A DNA stretch of 64,000 nt from Spirochaetia bacterium (GTDB taxonomy: Bacteria > Spirochaetota > Spirochaetia > DSM-2461), in the NCBI GenBank assembly GCA_963666985.2, contig CAXXIA010000002.1, forward strand, positions 32,001-96,000, in the 5' to 3' direction. The position numbers were made by a program, and so were the translations under genes. Shown in pieces: positions 49,846 through 59,315 of the stretch (position 1 is the stretch's first letter; every line of letters starts with the position of its first letter). The notes below the pieces were generated by a model, which ran no database searches, was not told the origin of the DNA, and worked only from the letters and a program-made list of their open reading frames with translations.

Positions 49846-50759
49846 CGAACCTCCTCCGGGCTTAACATAACCGCCGAGCCCTCAACCTCAAGATCGTTTT
49901 GTATTACCGAGAGCACCGCCTCATACACGGCTTCTTGAGCCGCACGGACACCGTGTTCCAGCGCTTGTTCATACGGCTGACGGATGGCCGTGGCCACGTT
50001 GATTTTGGCAATACCGTTTTTAACGGCGTCCATGACATATTTTTTATGAATACCGCTTCCGCCATGCAGCACCAAGGGAACCTCCGCGGCGTTTCGGATT
50101 CGCGCCAGATGTTCGATATTCAGCCGGGCGGAGATTTTATCCAGTCTCCTGGCGGAAGCGGAAATGGCGCCGTGAATATTCCCGATGGCCACCGAAAGCC
50201 AATCGGTTCCGGTCAGCTCCACGAATCGTTTCGCTTCAAGCGGATCGGTAAAACCCGCGCCCGTGGCGAAAAGTTCGTCATAGGGCGGCGGCGGGCCGCT
50301 TTCATGCCCCATTACGGCACCCAATTCCGCCTCCACAGGAACGTCGGCCGCATGGGCGGCTTTGACGACTTCCGCCGTACAGCGGATATTCTCTTCCAGG
50401 GGCAGACGCGAACCGTCGATCATCACCGACTCATACCCCAAGCCGAGGGCCCGTTCGATAATCTCCATATAATCCACTCTCAGACCGTCCTCATCCACAA
50501 CGGGCACATGATCCAGGTGAAGCCGCGTGTAGCGAACATCCTTGTACTTTTCGTATTCTTCCCTGAGGGCTTTTGGACTTCCCGTTTCGAACTTCACCCA
50601 TTCAAGACGGGCGGCCGTTATCAGGCCGAAACTGCCGGTGTTCTTCAGCGCTTCGACGACGGGCTTCATCATCGGGAGGTAGGGAATGTTGAAGGAAGGA
50701 ACGGCGATTCCCGAAGAGAACGCCCGTTCGATTATTTGGCGTGTTGATGCATAAGACAT
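49842..50759 (-). CDS. Class II fructose/tagatose-bisphosphate aldolase-family protein
   Basis: HLDH, VMIDGS, VEAELG, AIGNIHG, LVLHGGSG and KINVAT motifs. Confidence 0.92.
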   Translation of the reverse strand: MSYASTRQIIERAFSSGIAVPSFNIPYLPMMKPVVEALKNTGSFGLITAARLEWVKFETGSPKALREEYEKYKDVRYTRLHLDHVPVVDEDGLRVDYMEIIERALGLGYESVMIDGSRLPLEENIRCTAEVVKAAHAADVPVEAELGAVMGHESGPPPPYDELFATGAGFTDPLEAKRFVELTGTDWLSVAIGNIHGAISASARRLDKISARLNIEHLARIRNAAEVPLVLHGGSGIHKKYVMDAVKNGIAKINVATAIRQPYEQALEHGVRAAQEAVYEAVLSVIQNDLEVEGSAVMLSPEEVR

Positions 50760-50853
50760 GCATCACATAATGAGACACGCTTTGCGGTCCGGGAATGGAC
50801 GAGAACGCTCATTCATGTAAAATACTGCACGTTAAGACACATGGAGACTTTTT

Positions 50854-51654
50854 ATGGTCCGATATGCCCTCGCCGCACGGGAAATGAACGACGTCATGGC
50901 GCGTCTTCGAAGGCTCTTCGATATTCGAATCACTTTTTTCGACATGCAGGGAATCGAAGCGGTGGATTTTCCGATTAAGCCCATGTCTCGGTTTTGTTCG
51001 GTGTTCAGAAAAAATAAAAAGCATAACGCCTTATGCGCCGCGTGCGACAAACGCCACCTGGAAGAAGCGAAACGGTCACGGGAAATGCATTTCTACCACT
51101 GTCACATGGGTCTTATCGAAGGGATTGTGCCTCTTTACGATCGCCGGAACTTCTATTTGGGTGCCATAGCCTTCGGTCAGCTGAGAGATCCGAACCATAC
51201 GCCTCCTCTGGAACTCCCGAACGGATTGAAGGCCTTATACAATCGCCTTCCGCCCTATTCCCGGGAAGAAGCCGAAGACATCGGATATGTTCTCAAATGC
51301 GTAAGCGAATCCATTATCGAGAAGGAACTGATTCGGGTACGGAACAAGCTCTGGGCGGAAAAACTGGAACGTTTTTGCGAAGAGCATCTTCATGAAAAGG
51401 TTACCGTCGCCCGTATGGCCCGGGCCGTCGGCCGCTCGGAATCGTTCGTGGCGCATCACTTTTTCGCCGAATTCGGAAAAACACCGCGGCAATATCTGCT
51501 GGCCCGGCGAATGGAAGAAGCGAAAATCATGCTGGGAAGCGGAATGACCGTTCAAGACGCGGCCGAACGCCTGGGTTTCTGCGACGCATTCCATTTCTCC
51601 CGAACGTTTAAGAGGTATTGGAAAACGACTCCGAGCGCCTGCCGTCAGGGCTGA
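50854..51654 (+). CDS. AraC-family regulator with a PocR sensor domain
   Basis: FC...C..CD and YHCHMGL (PocR); C-terminal LGFCDAFHFSRTFK HTH. Confidence 0.9.
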   Translation: MVRYALAAREMNDVMARLRRLFDIRITFFDMQGIEAVDFPIKPMSRFCSVFRKNKKHNALCAACDKRHLEEAKRSREMHFYHCHMGLIEGIVPLYDRRNFYLGAIAFGQLRDPNHTPPLELPNGLKALYNRLPPYSREEAEDIGYVLKCVSESIIEKELIRVRNKLWAEKLERFCEEHLHEKVTVARMARAVGRSESFVAHHFFAEFGKTPRQYLLARRMEEAKIMLGSGMTVQDAAERLGFCDAFHFSRTFKRYWKTTPSACRQG

Positions 51655-51711
51655 AAAAAAGCTCGCGATTCGCGGATGCGGCGAAAGCCGCGGCGGCCGC
51701 TCTTAAGCGGT

Positions 51712-52803
51712 CTATTCGGTTAAATTCCGAACCGAATCGCGGATAAGAAAATTCGGCGCAAGGACCGTCGTCGTTCTGAACGAGGCGGCTTTATGGGCAA
51801 TCCGATCGATAATAATCGAAGCCGCCATCTTCCCGATTTCCTCACCCGGATACTCGAAGGTCGTCAAAAACGGGGATTCCAAACCGTCGTTCCGCCAATT
51901 GTCATGCCCCACGACGGAAAAATCCCCGGGAACCGTCAAATCATAATTCTTGGCGGCGCGGATCAGTCCGACGGCCTCTTCGTCACTTGAGCAGAAAAAA
52001 GCCGTCGGGCGTTCCTCCTCTTCCGAAAAGAAATCCATCATGGCCTCATAAGCCTGCCGGAATCCTCCGTTCGGGAATGCTTTCATTCGGATTATCCGAT
52101 TCTCGGGAACAGCCCTGCCCGCTTTCGCGAGAGCATCCAAAGCTCCTTCCATCCTCTTAATTTTCGGATAATAATCATCCGTATACAGAATACCGATATC
52201 CGTATGCCCGCAGTCAAGCAGATACCGGGCGGCCATTCCTCCGGCGCTCCTGTCGTCGAGAACGACGGCGCTGAAAGCATCTCCCGAATAAGCGTTATCC
52301 AGAAGAACCACGGGGATTCCTCTGACCTCACATTGTTCCAGAAGATCTCTGTTGTCGCGGCTTTCGGGAGAATACACCGGTTCGATAATCAGGCCGTCCA
52401 CGCCTTTTGCAATGAAATTTTCGATCAGATTCCGCTCTTCTTCCAGCCGGTAATCGGAATGCCCCAGCAGGAGATGGTATCCGCGGCCGCTCAATTCCTG
52501 AGTGCTTCCTCTGATGATTTTCGGGAATATATATGAATCCACGTTATACATCACCAAACCGATATTCATAGACGAGTCGGCATGACGGTCCGCAGATTCC
52601 GCCCGAAACGACCCTACTTTATCGACGCTGGTGATAAAACCTCCGTTGCGAAGGTTCGATAAGGCCTGTCTGACGACATTGCGCGATACTTCAAATTGAC
52701 TGCAAAGGGCGCTTTCGGAAGGGAGTTTTTCTCCCGGAAGAATGCGGTCTTCCTGGAATTCGTGAAGAATCCAAGCTTCGATTATTTGATATTTCTTTTC
52801 CAT
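51712..52803 (-). CDS. GntR wHTH plus LacI-type sensor regulator (AraR-like)
   Basis: KLPSE..L...FEVSRNVVRQAL, then YIFPKII.G, VDGLIIEP and SVVGHD; the ATG at 52803 has an AAGGAA RBS. Confidence 0.92.
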   Translation of the reverse strand: MEKKYQIIEAWILHEFQEDRILPGEKLPSESALCSQFEVSRNVVRQALSNLRNGGFITSVDKVGSFRAESADRHADSSMNIGLVMYNVDSYIFPKIIRGSTQELSGRGYHLLLGHSDYRLEEERNLIENFIAKGVDGLIIEPVYSPESRDNRDLLEQCEVRGIPVVLLDNAYSGDAFSAVVLDDRSAGGMAARYLLDCGHTDIGILYTDDYYPKIKRMEGALDALAKAGRAVPENRIIRMKAFPNGGFRQAYEAMMDFFSEEEERPTAFFCSSDEEAVGLIRAAKNYDLTVPGDFSVVGHDNWRNDGLESPFLTTFEYPGEEIGKMAASIIIDRIAHKAASFRTTTVLAPNFLIRDSVRNLTE

Positions 52804-52814
52804 GGCTTCCTTAC

Positions 52815-52933
52815 TTGTACCTACAAAATACAATACAAGAGTCATTCAATCAAGCAACAATAAACTTGACAGACGGAATAACCCATGATTCAATGGCTCA
52901 TGTATCTACATATACCATTTCTTGTAGTTACAA
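52815..52933. promoter_or_regulatory. Three AraR-type palindromic operators and a sigma70 promoter
   Basis: TTGTACCTACAA (52815-52826), ATGTATCTACAT (52900-52911) and TTGTAGTTACAA (52922-52933); TTGACA 52866-52871, 17 nt, TTCAAT 52889-52894. Confidence 0.8.
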
Positions 52934-52948
52934 AAGGAGGACTAAAGA

Positions 52949-54274
52949 ATGAAACGGATGCTCCGATTGATCGTTTTGGCCGCTCTCTTCGCGTCGGCGG
53001 TGAACCCGGTATGGTCGGCCGGATCGGCGGAAGATGAAGGATTGGGTTCGCTGCAGGAACCCGCCGCACTCACGTTCTGGGGATGGCCTACGGCCGATGC
53101 CGCGGTCGCCGCGGTTATCGACGGCTTTAAGGCCCGTTATCCGAAAATCTCGGTCGATGTCGTCATGAAAACCGGAACCAATGAGCTTCGCGACGCCTTA
53201 ACGACGGCCATGGCCGCGCATTCGGGTGTTCCCGACGTTACAATGATCGAAATCAAAGACATCGATAAATTCATGATTTACGGAGGACTTCAGGACATCG
53301 GCCGAAAACCCTTCAACGCCGGTCAATATGAAAAGGACTTCGTACCCTATAAATGGAAGCAGTGTACGACTTTGGACGGTGAGGGAATCCTCGCCTTTCC
53401 CTGGGACATCGGTCCCTCGTCGGTATTTTATCGGCGGGATCTGTTGGAAAAGGCCGGATATCCGTCCGATCCCGAATCGGTTGCCGAACTGCTCTCGACA
53501 TGGGACGATTTCATTGAAGTGGGCAGAAAGGTCTGCGCGCTCGGCGATAAAATCTGGTGGACGGACAATGCCGCGCAAATACCCTATATCTACTATTCCC
53601 ATAAAAACTTTTTCACGGAAGATCTGGAACTCAACATCGAAAATCCCAAAACTCGGCAGGTTCTTGAAGTCGCCGCGACATTGCGGCACGAAGGACTCGA
53701 CGCTCAAATGGGACTGTGGACCGAAGAATGGTACCAAGGACTGGCCAACGGAAGCGTGGCCACGACAATCATGGGCTGCTGGTTCGGCGGATTCCTCAAA
53801 GGATGGATCGCGGCCGATTCCAAAGGGGAATGGGGTATTGTTCCCATCCCGGAAGATCCCCTCCAGAATTACGGAGGATCGTTCCTGGCCATTCCGCAGG
53901 AAAGTAAAAACAAGCTGGCGGCCTGGGCCTTTATTGAGTATATCTGCGCCGATGCCGACGCCCAGAACACAATTTTGAAGACCGTCGATTGGTTCCCGGC
54001 TTATATCCCGGCGTATAGCGATGCTCTCTACGATGAAGGCGATCCGTACTTCGGCGGTCAGAAAACCCGCCGAGTCTGGGCGGATATCGCCCAGTCCCAA
54101 GGCGCCTTCGTAACCACGGCTCTGGATGCCGGCGCCGAAGCCGCGTTCACGGCGGAGCTGGCGAAATTTCTCGACCAGGATCTGAGTATCGATAAAACCA
54201 TATCCAATATGGAATCCGCTATTGAGAATCAGGTGGCCGAAGAGAAGGAACTTCTCCTGGAAATAATGAAATAA
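52949..54274 (+). CDS. Oligosaccharide ABC transporter substrate-binding protein (CUT1)
   Basis: Signal peptide; LTFWGW, PWDIGP..FYRRD and YGGSFL motifs; AGGAGG RBS. Confidence 0.93.
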   Translation: MKRMLRLIVLAALFASAVNPVWSAGSAEDEGLGSLQEPAALTFWGWPTADAAVAAVIDGFKARYPKISVDVVMKTGTNELRDALTTAMAAHSGVPDVTMIEIKDIDKFMIYGGLQDIGRKPFNAGQYEKDFVPYKWKQCTTLDGEGILAFPWDIGPSSVFYRRDLLEKAGYPSDPESVAELLSTWDDFIEVGRKVCALGDKIWWTDNAAQIPYIYYSHKNFFTEDLELNIENPKTRQVLEVAATLRHEGLDAQMGLWTEEWYQGLANGSVATTIMGCWFGGFLKGWIAADSKGEWGIVPIPEDPLQNYGGSFLAIPQESKNKLAAWAFIEYICADADAQNTILKTVDWFPAYIPAYSDALYDEGDPYFGGQKTRRVWADIAQSQGAFVTTALDAGAEAAFTAELAKFLDQDLSIDKTISNMESAIENQVAEEKELLLEIMK

Positions 54275-54289
54275 GCAAACCGCGCTTCA

Positions 54290-54316
54290 CCCGGACCCGT
54301 ACGGGTCCGGGATTTT
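54290..54316 (+). terminator. Stem-loop after the SBP gene (terminator or mRNA stabiliser)
   Basis: Perfect palindrome CCCGGACCC-GTAC-GGGTCCGGG followed by ATTTT. Confidence 0.6.
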
Positions 54317-54337
54317 AAAGACAAGGGGTTACCCGGC

Positions 54338-55240
54338 ATGGCATCAATAACGAAACGGCGGGAATGTTCGATTGCCTACCTGTACATTCTGCCTTTCTTT
54401 CTGCTTTTCTTTATCTTCGGGGTATTCCCTATTTTCAATTCCCTGGGACTGTCGTTTACACGTCAGATTACCATCGGAACGACAAAATTCGTCGGTTTAA
54501 GAAATTACGCCCGTCTCTTCAGCGACGAGCTTTTCGTAAAGGCTCTGACCAATACTCTAATTATCTGGCTTACCGCCCATGCCGTCGTTATTCCCGGGTC
54601 ATTTCTGCTCGCATTCGCGCTGCATCACATGATTGAAAAAGGAAGCGGCTTCTACCGAACCCTATTCTTCACCCCCGTGGTCACTTCATCGGTCGCCATT
54701 TCGCTGGTGTTCCTGACCATTTTCGGAAAGCAGTTCGGCATTCTCAACCAATTCCTCAACTCGCTGGGAATTCCCATCATCGATTGGTTCGGAGGAAGAG
54801 GACAGTACATCAAACCCATCATCGTCACCATCTTCGTCTGGAAATGGCTGGGGTACGATATGGTGATCTTCCTCGCGGGAATGCAGGGAATCGACCCTAC
54901 CTACTATGAATGCGCCAGAGTCGAAGGAGCCGGCGTCGGAACGCTCCTGACCAAAATCACCATCCCGCTTCTGAAGCCCATTATCGTCTTCATCCTGATT
55001 ATGTCTTTCATCGGAGGGCTCCAAATATTCGATGAGCCCTACATTCTCTTGTCCAAAACCGGTGAAATGGGAGCGGGCACGAACTACGCGGGACTCGTAT
55101 TGTCCCGATACCTGTATTACTTGGCCTTTTCCCGCTGGAACTTCGGCTATGCGTCCTCCATAGCCTATTTCCTGGTGGCGTTCATCGTAGCCCTTTCGGC
55201 GCTTTCCAAACGCCTTATGAAAGAGGACAAATCGGCATGA
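54338..55240 (+). CDS. Carbohydrate ABC permease (MalF-like)
   Basis: FVGLRNY, EAA-like loop YYECARVEGA and FGYASS. Confidence 0.93.
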   Translation: MASITKRRECSIAYLYILPFFLLFFIFGVFPIFNSLGLSFTRQITIGTTKFVGLRNYARLFSDELFVKALTNTLIIWLTAHAVVIPGSFLLAFALHHMIEKGSGFYRTLFFTPVVTSSVAISLVFLTIFGKQFGILNQFLNSLGIPIIDWFGGRGQYIKPIIVTIFVWKWLGYDMVIFLAGMQGIDPTYYECARVEGAGVGTLLTKITIPLLKPIIVFILIMSFIGGLQIFDEPYILLSKTGEMGAGTNYAGLVLSRYLYYLAFSRWNFGYASSIAYFLVAFIVALSALSKRLMKEDKSA

Positions 55241-56088
55241 GTACGACCATTGCAAGCGGTATCGGCAAACCGGGGCGAGCCGTTATCCATATACTTCTGG
55301 CGATTCTGGGGATTCTTTTTGTCTTTCCCTTCTATTGGATGTTTCTTCAATCGACGCATACATCCCTGGAGATTCTCAAAACGCCTCCGCCCCTGTTCTT
55401 CGGCCGTTCCCTCGTTGAGAACTACCTGGCCATGATGGATGTTATTCCGTTCTGGCGCAGTTTCTGCAATTCTCTGTTCGTTTCACTCACCACAACGGCG
55501 TTCAGTCTTCTTTTTTGTTCCATGGGAGGCTTTGCCTTCGCGATGTATTCCTTCCCCGGCAAAGAGATTCTGTTCAACATCCTTTTGTTGACCATGATGC
55601 TTCCCTGGATCGTAAGCCTGATTCCCTGGTTCATCATCATGTCCCGACTGGGGTGGATAGACAAACTCATCGCCCTTATAATTCCCGGCGCCGCCAATGC
55701 TTTCGGGATTTTCTGGATGCGCCAATACATCGGCGGGCATGTTCCGAAAGATCTTCTGTTTGCCGCCAGAATAGACGGCTGCCCGGAAGGTCTTATTTTC
55801 TTTCGCGTCTTTCTTCCTCTTCTGACTCCGGCCCTGGGAGCCTTGGGAATCCTGAACTTCCTGAACAGCTGGAATAATTTCTTTTTCCCTATGGTCGTCC
55901 TCCAGACCAAGGAGAAATTCACCATACCTCTGGCCCTCCGCTACCTAAACGCAGACCCGTATAAAGGCATGGACTTCGGAGTAACCATGCTGGGCGCTTC
56001 GATGGCCGTTATTCCCATTCTCATCGTGTTTTGGGCCGCCTCCCGCCAGTTTATCTCCGGACTCACAACCGGAGCGCTTAAGGAATAA
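55237..56088 (+). CDS. Carbohydrate ABC permease (MalG-like)
   Basis: AARIDG, WNNFFFP and FISGLTTGALKE motifs. Confidence 0.93.
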   Translation: MSTTIASGIGKPGRAVIHILLAILGILFVFPFYWMFLQSTHTSLEILKTPPPLFFGRSLVENYLAMMDVIPFWRSFCNSLFVSLTTTAFSLLFCSMGGFAFAMYSFPGKEILFNILLLTMMLPWIVSLIPWFIIMSRLGWIDKLIALIIPGAANAFGIFWMRQYIGGHVPKDLLFAARIDGCPEGLIFFRVFLPLLTPALGALGILNFLNSWNNFFFPMVVLQTKEKFTIPLALRYLNADPYKGMDFGVTMLGASMAVIPILIVFWAASRQFISGLTTGALKE

Positions 56089-56090
56089 TT

Positions 56091-58094
56091 ATGGACATCG
56101 GAGTAACTTACTACCCGGAACAATGGCCCGAAGAACGATGGGAAGCGGATGCGGACCTCATGGCGGAAGCCGGTATTTCTTTCGTCCGCATGGGAGAATT
56201 CGCCTGGCATCGAATAGAATCCGAAAAAGGGAAATATTCCTTTCGATGGCTTGAAGCGGCCATGGATATTTTCGGAGACAGAGGAATCAACACCATTCTT
56301 GGAACACCGACGGCCTGCTATCCGTCCTGGCTGCACGCGGAATATCCCGATATCCACCAAATCGACTTCGACGGAAGAATCAAGGAATTCGGACAAAGGC
56401 AGGACGCATGCCGAAATCATCCGGGATTTAAAAGGGCGGCTCTGAGAATAACCGACGCCATGACGGCGGCTCTGGGCTCTCATCCTCATCTTATCGCCTG
56501 GCAGACCGATAACGAGCTGGGGAATCATGGTTCGGTTTTCTGTACCTGTTCCCATTGTGAAGCCTCTTTTCGCGGATGGCTGAAAGACAAATACGCCGAT
56601 ATCGATGCACTCAATGAAGCCTGGGGAACGGCGGTTTGGAGTCAAACGTACAACGCCTTCGAAGAAGTGGACATTCCCAGGGATACGGCGGACAACCGCC
56701 GCATGAAAGGTCATAACCCCGGCCGTGTTCTGGACTATCGGCGTTTTGCCTCGGATTCCATCATCAATTATCACAAACAGCTGGCGGCAATCATCCGGAA
56801 AAACTCACCCGACAGAATCGTCACTCATAATTTCATGAACGGATTCACGGGCTTCGACGCGTTCTCCATGGCTTCCGATCTCGATGTTGTTTCCTGGGAT
56901 AATTACCCCATCTATACGTTGGTCAACGGCGAAGGGATACCTCCGGCATCAAGTTTTCGCTTCATGCAGGGATTAAAAAAAGCGGATTACTGGGTTATGG
57001 AACAAATGACCGGACAGGGCGGCTGGGAAATAATGCTCCCCCGGCAGGCCCCCGGGACGATGAGGCTCTGGGCTTGGCAGACAGCCGCCATGGATTGTTC
57101 CGGAATATGCTTTTTCCGGTGGAGAAGCGCTCTTCGAGGCACCGAACAGTTCTGGCACGGCATTCTGCCCCATGACGGGAAACCGGGAAGACTTTATCAA
57201 GAATTAAAAAAGTTTATCGGAGAAGCGGACCGCATCACACCGGTTCTGGAGGGCTCTTCTCTGAAATCGAAAGCCGTCGTACTTTACGATTTCGACAGTA
57301 TCTGGGCCCTGCAGCATCAGCCGCAGGCGGAATCGGATTTCTCTTACGAATCGCTCTCCGGGCGTATCGTCGAAGCGCTCCGCCTGGAAGGATTATCCGC
57401 GGACATCCGCGCTTACGGAGAGGATCTTTCGGATTACGAAATCGCGTTCCTTCCGTCTCTGTTCGTGGCCGATCGGGAGCCGCCCGAGGGAATCACCCGA
57501 TTCGTTGAAGAAGGCGGCACTCTGGTTATCGGAGCGCGAAGCGGCGTTAAGGACCGGACCAATGCCGTAACGGAAAAGCCTCTTCCCGGAGTTTTCCGCG
57601 ACCTCGCCGGCGTATCCGTTTCGGAATACGACAATATGGACGCCCGAGGAGCGGGAAGCGTCCGCGTAAGCGGAAGCGGATTATCGTCGGCTCCGGTTTT
57701 CGGAATGGGCGATATCCTAACCCCCGACGCGGAAAGCGACATTCTCCTGGAGTGGGAGGGCGCTTGGTATTCGGGCCGGCCCGCGGCGACTTCCGCGAGA
57801 CGGGGCCGAGGACGATGCGTTTATCTCGGCGCCGTTCTGGATCCGGCCGACCTGGCGAGATTTCTCATCGGCGCCGGCATCATTGCCGAAGCTCCCTGGC
57901 ATCCGCCGGAAGGAGTTGAGACGATTCTTCGAGTTGGAAAGGAGGCGCGTCATCGGCTCTATCTCAACCACAAGGGCGGCGAAATCCGTGTTAAAACGCC
58001 GTTTTCCGGTTATAACCTGATAAGCGAGGAGCCCGTGGAGAAAGAAATCGTTCTTGAAAGCTACGGAGTTGCGATTATACGGGAAGAATTTTAG
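56091..58094 (+). CDS. Beta-galactosidase, glycoside hydrolase family 42
   Basis: YYPEQW, GEFAW, DNE (acid/base), CTCSHC Zn site, WDNYP, VMEQ (nucleophile) and FFRWR..EQFWHG. Confidence 0.93.
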   Translation: MDIGVTYYPEQWPEERWEADADLMAEAGISFVRMGEFAWHRIESEKGKYSFRWLEAAMDIFGDRGINTILGTPTACYPSWLHAEYPDIHQIDFDGRIKEFGQRQDACRNHPGFKRAALRITDAMTAALGSHPHLIAWQTDNELGNHGSVFCTCSHCEASFRGWLKDKYADIDALNEAWGTAVWSQTYNAFEEVDIPRDTADNRRMKGHNPGRVLDYRRFASDSIINYHKQLAAIIRKNSPDRIVTHNFMNGFTGFDAFSMASDLDVVSWDNYPIYTLVNGEGIPPASSFRFMQGLKKADYWVMEQMTGQGGWEIMLPRQAPGTMRLWAWQTAAMDCSGICFFRWRSALRGTEQFWHGILPHDGKPGRLYQELKKFIGEADRITPVLEGSSLKSKAVVLYDFDSIWALQHQPQAESDFSYESLSGRIVEALRLEGLSADIRAYGEDLSDYEIAFLPSLFVADREPPEGITRFVEEGGTLVIGARSGVKDRTNAVTEKPLPGVFRDLAGVSVSEYDNMDARGAGSVRVSGSGLSSAPVFGMGDILTPDAESDILLEWEGAWYSGRPAATSARRGRGRCVYLGAVLDPADLARFLIGAGIIAEAPWHPPEGVETILRVGKEARHRLYLNHKGGEIRVKTPFSGYNLISEEPVEKEIVLESYGVAIIREEF

Positions 58095-58115
58095 CGAATT
58101 GTCGGAATATATTCG

Positions 58116-58697
58116 CTAATACCGATTTCTCAATCCCATAGCCAGCGGAGATACGGAACCGAGCACCAGCACGCAGCCCAGGATTCTTATAAAAAGCAGC
58201 CCCGAAAGAACCGGCATCAGGAGAAGAATCAGGCCGATAAGGAATGTACCGATTACGGACGCGGCGGCATAGGGGCTCTCCCGAAGACCCGGCTCCTTCC
58301 GGAACGAGAAGACCGATCCGGCAATCAGATTGATTCCCGCGAAGATGAAAATAACGGCAACTCCCGCCTTACCCGCTCCGATGGGATGAAAGATGATAAG
58401 AACGCCGAAAATGATTCGAAGCAGTGATCCGGCTATGGAGAAAAAGTCGGTACGGCCGTCGATACGCGGCAGACGAAGAACACCGATCAGCCGGCCCACC
58501 CCTTCGGCCGTTAAGAAGATTCCCAGAACCACGGAAGCGAACGCCAATCCGGCGGTAGGCCGAAACAGCAGGATGAGTCCGGCAAGAAGAGAGAGCACTC
58601 CCTGAATGATAAAAAGCGGTGAAAGACGCCGCATGTTTTTTTCGTTTTCGTCGATTTCTTCAATGGTTGCTTTGGGTTCGAATTCGTCGTTCAACAT
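58116..58697 (-). CDS. HdeD/DUF308-like membrane protein
   Basis: Six hydrophobic Gly-rich helices in repeats; GAGGAG RBS before the ATG at 58697. Confidence 0.75.
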   Translation of the reverse strand: MLNDEFEPKATIEEIDENEKNMRRLSPLFIIQGVLSLLAGLILLFRPTAGLAFASVVLGIFLTAEGVGRLIGVLRLPRIDGRTDFFSIAGSLLRIIFGVLIIFHPIGAGKAGVAVIFIFAGINLIAGSVFSFRKEPGLRESPYAAASVIGTFLIGLILLLMPVLSGLLFIRILGCVLVLGSVSPLAMGLRNRY

Positions 58698-58802
58698 ACG
58701 TCTCCTCAACCGCTTGCGCCGTAACGGCGCCGAAGCCGATTCTTCATCAAAACGGTCTTTCTATCCGCCGGGACGCGGCGAATCAATCTTTCCTCACCGC
58801 GA

Positions 58803-59276
58803 TTATGCTTTCGGTGACTGTTTTTCCAGCTTCAGAACATGTTTCACGGTTTCCGGATTCAGCCGGAAAAAAGATCCGCGTCCCTCCAAAAATCCGTGCT
58901 TTTCCAAAAGATGAACGGAAAGATCGGTATAAAACAGTTTCTCTCCGGTATCTTTACGCTCGATTGTAACATTGATTTTTCGGCAGATACCGTCTTCCCA
59001 GGGACAGGCCAGATGACCTCTGGCTTCGTCGGTCTTCACCAGCCACTGTTCGTCAACCGTTACCGGCTCGCCCAGCCCCCGGCGTCCTTCTTCCATGAAA
59101 TACCGCAGTCTTGCCGCCGCATCCGCCGGATCAAGTGACAAAAGACGAAGGATTTGAGCATCTTCATCCAGAATTGTCGAGAGATTCCGCGTATCCGATC
59201 CCAGGAAACCTTCGGCCGTGATTACTCCGGGCGCCATGTTTTCTTGCGCCGTTTTAAGTTCGGGAGTCATTTTCAT
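58803..59276 (-). CDS. Hypothetical protein at the end of the nqr-like operon
   Basis: 157 aa; GGAGGA RBS; EGFLG.D.R, GHLACPW and HLLEKHGF.EG.GS.FR motifs. Confidence 0.8.
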   Translation of the reverse strand: MKMTPELKTAQENMAPGVITAEGFLGSDTRNLSTILDEDAQILRLLSLDPADAAARLRYFMEEGRRGLGEPVTVDEQWLVKTDEARGHLACPWEDGICRKINVTIERKDTGEKLFYTDLSVHLLEKHGFLEGRGSFFRLNPETVKHVLKLEKQSPKA

Positions 59277-59315
59277 CGCCGCGGTCCTCCTTGTGCTGAC
59301 CGGCCGCGTTCTTTT

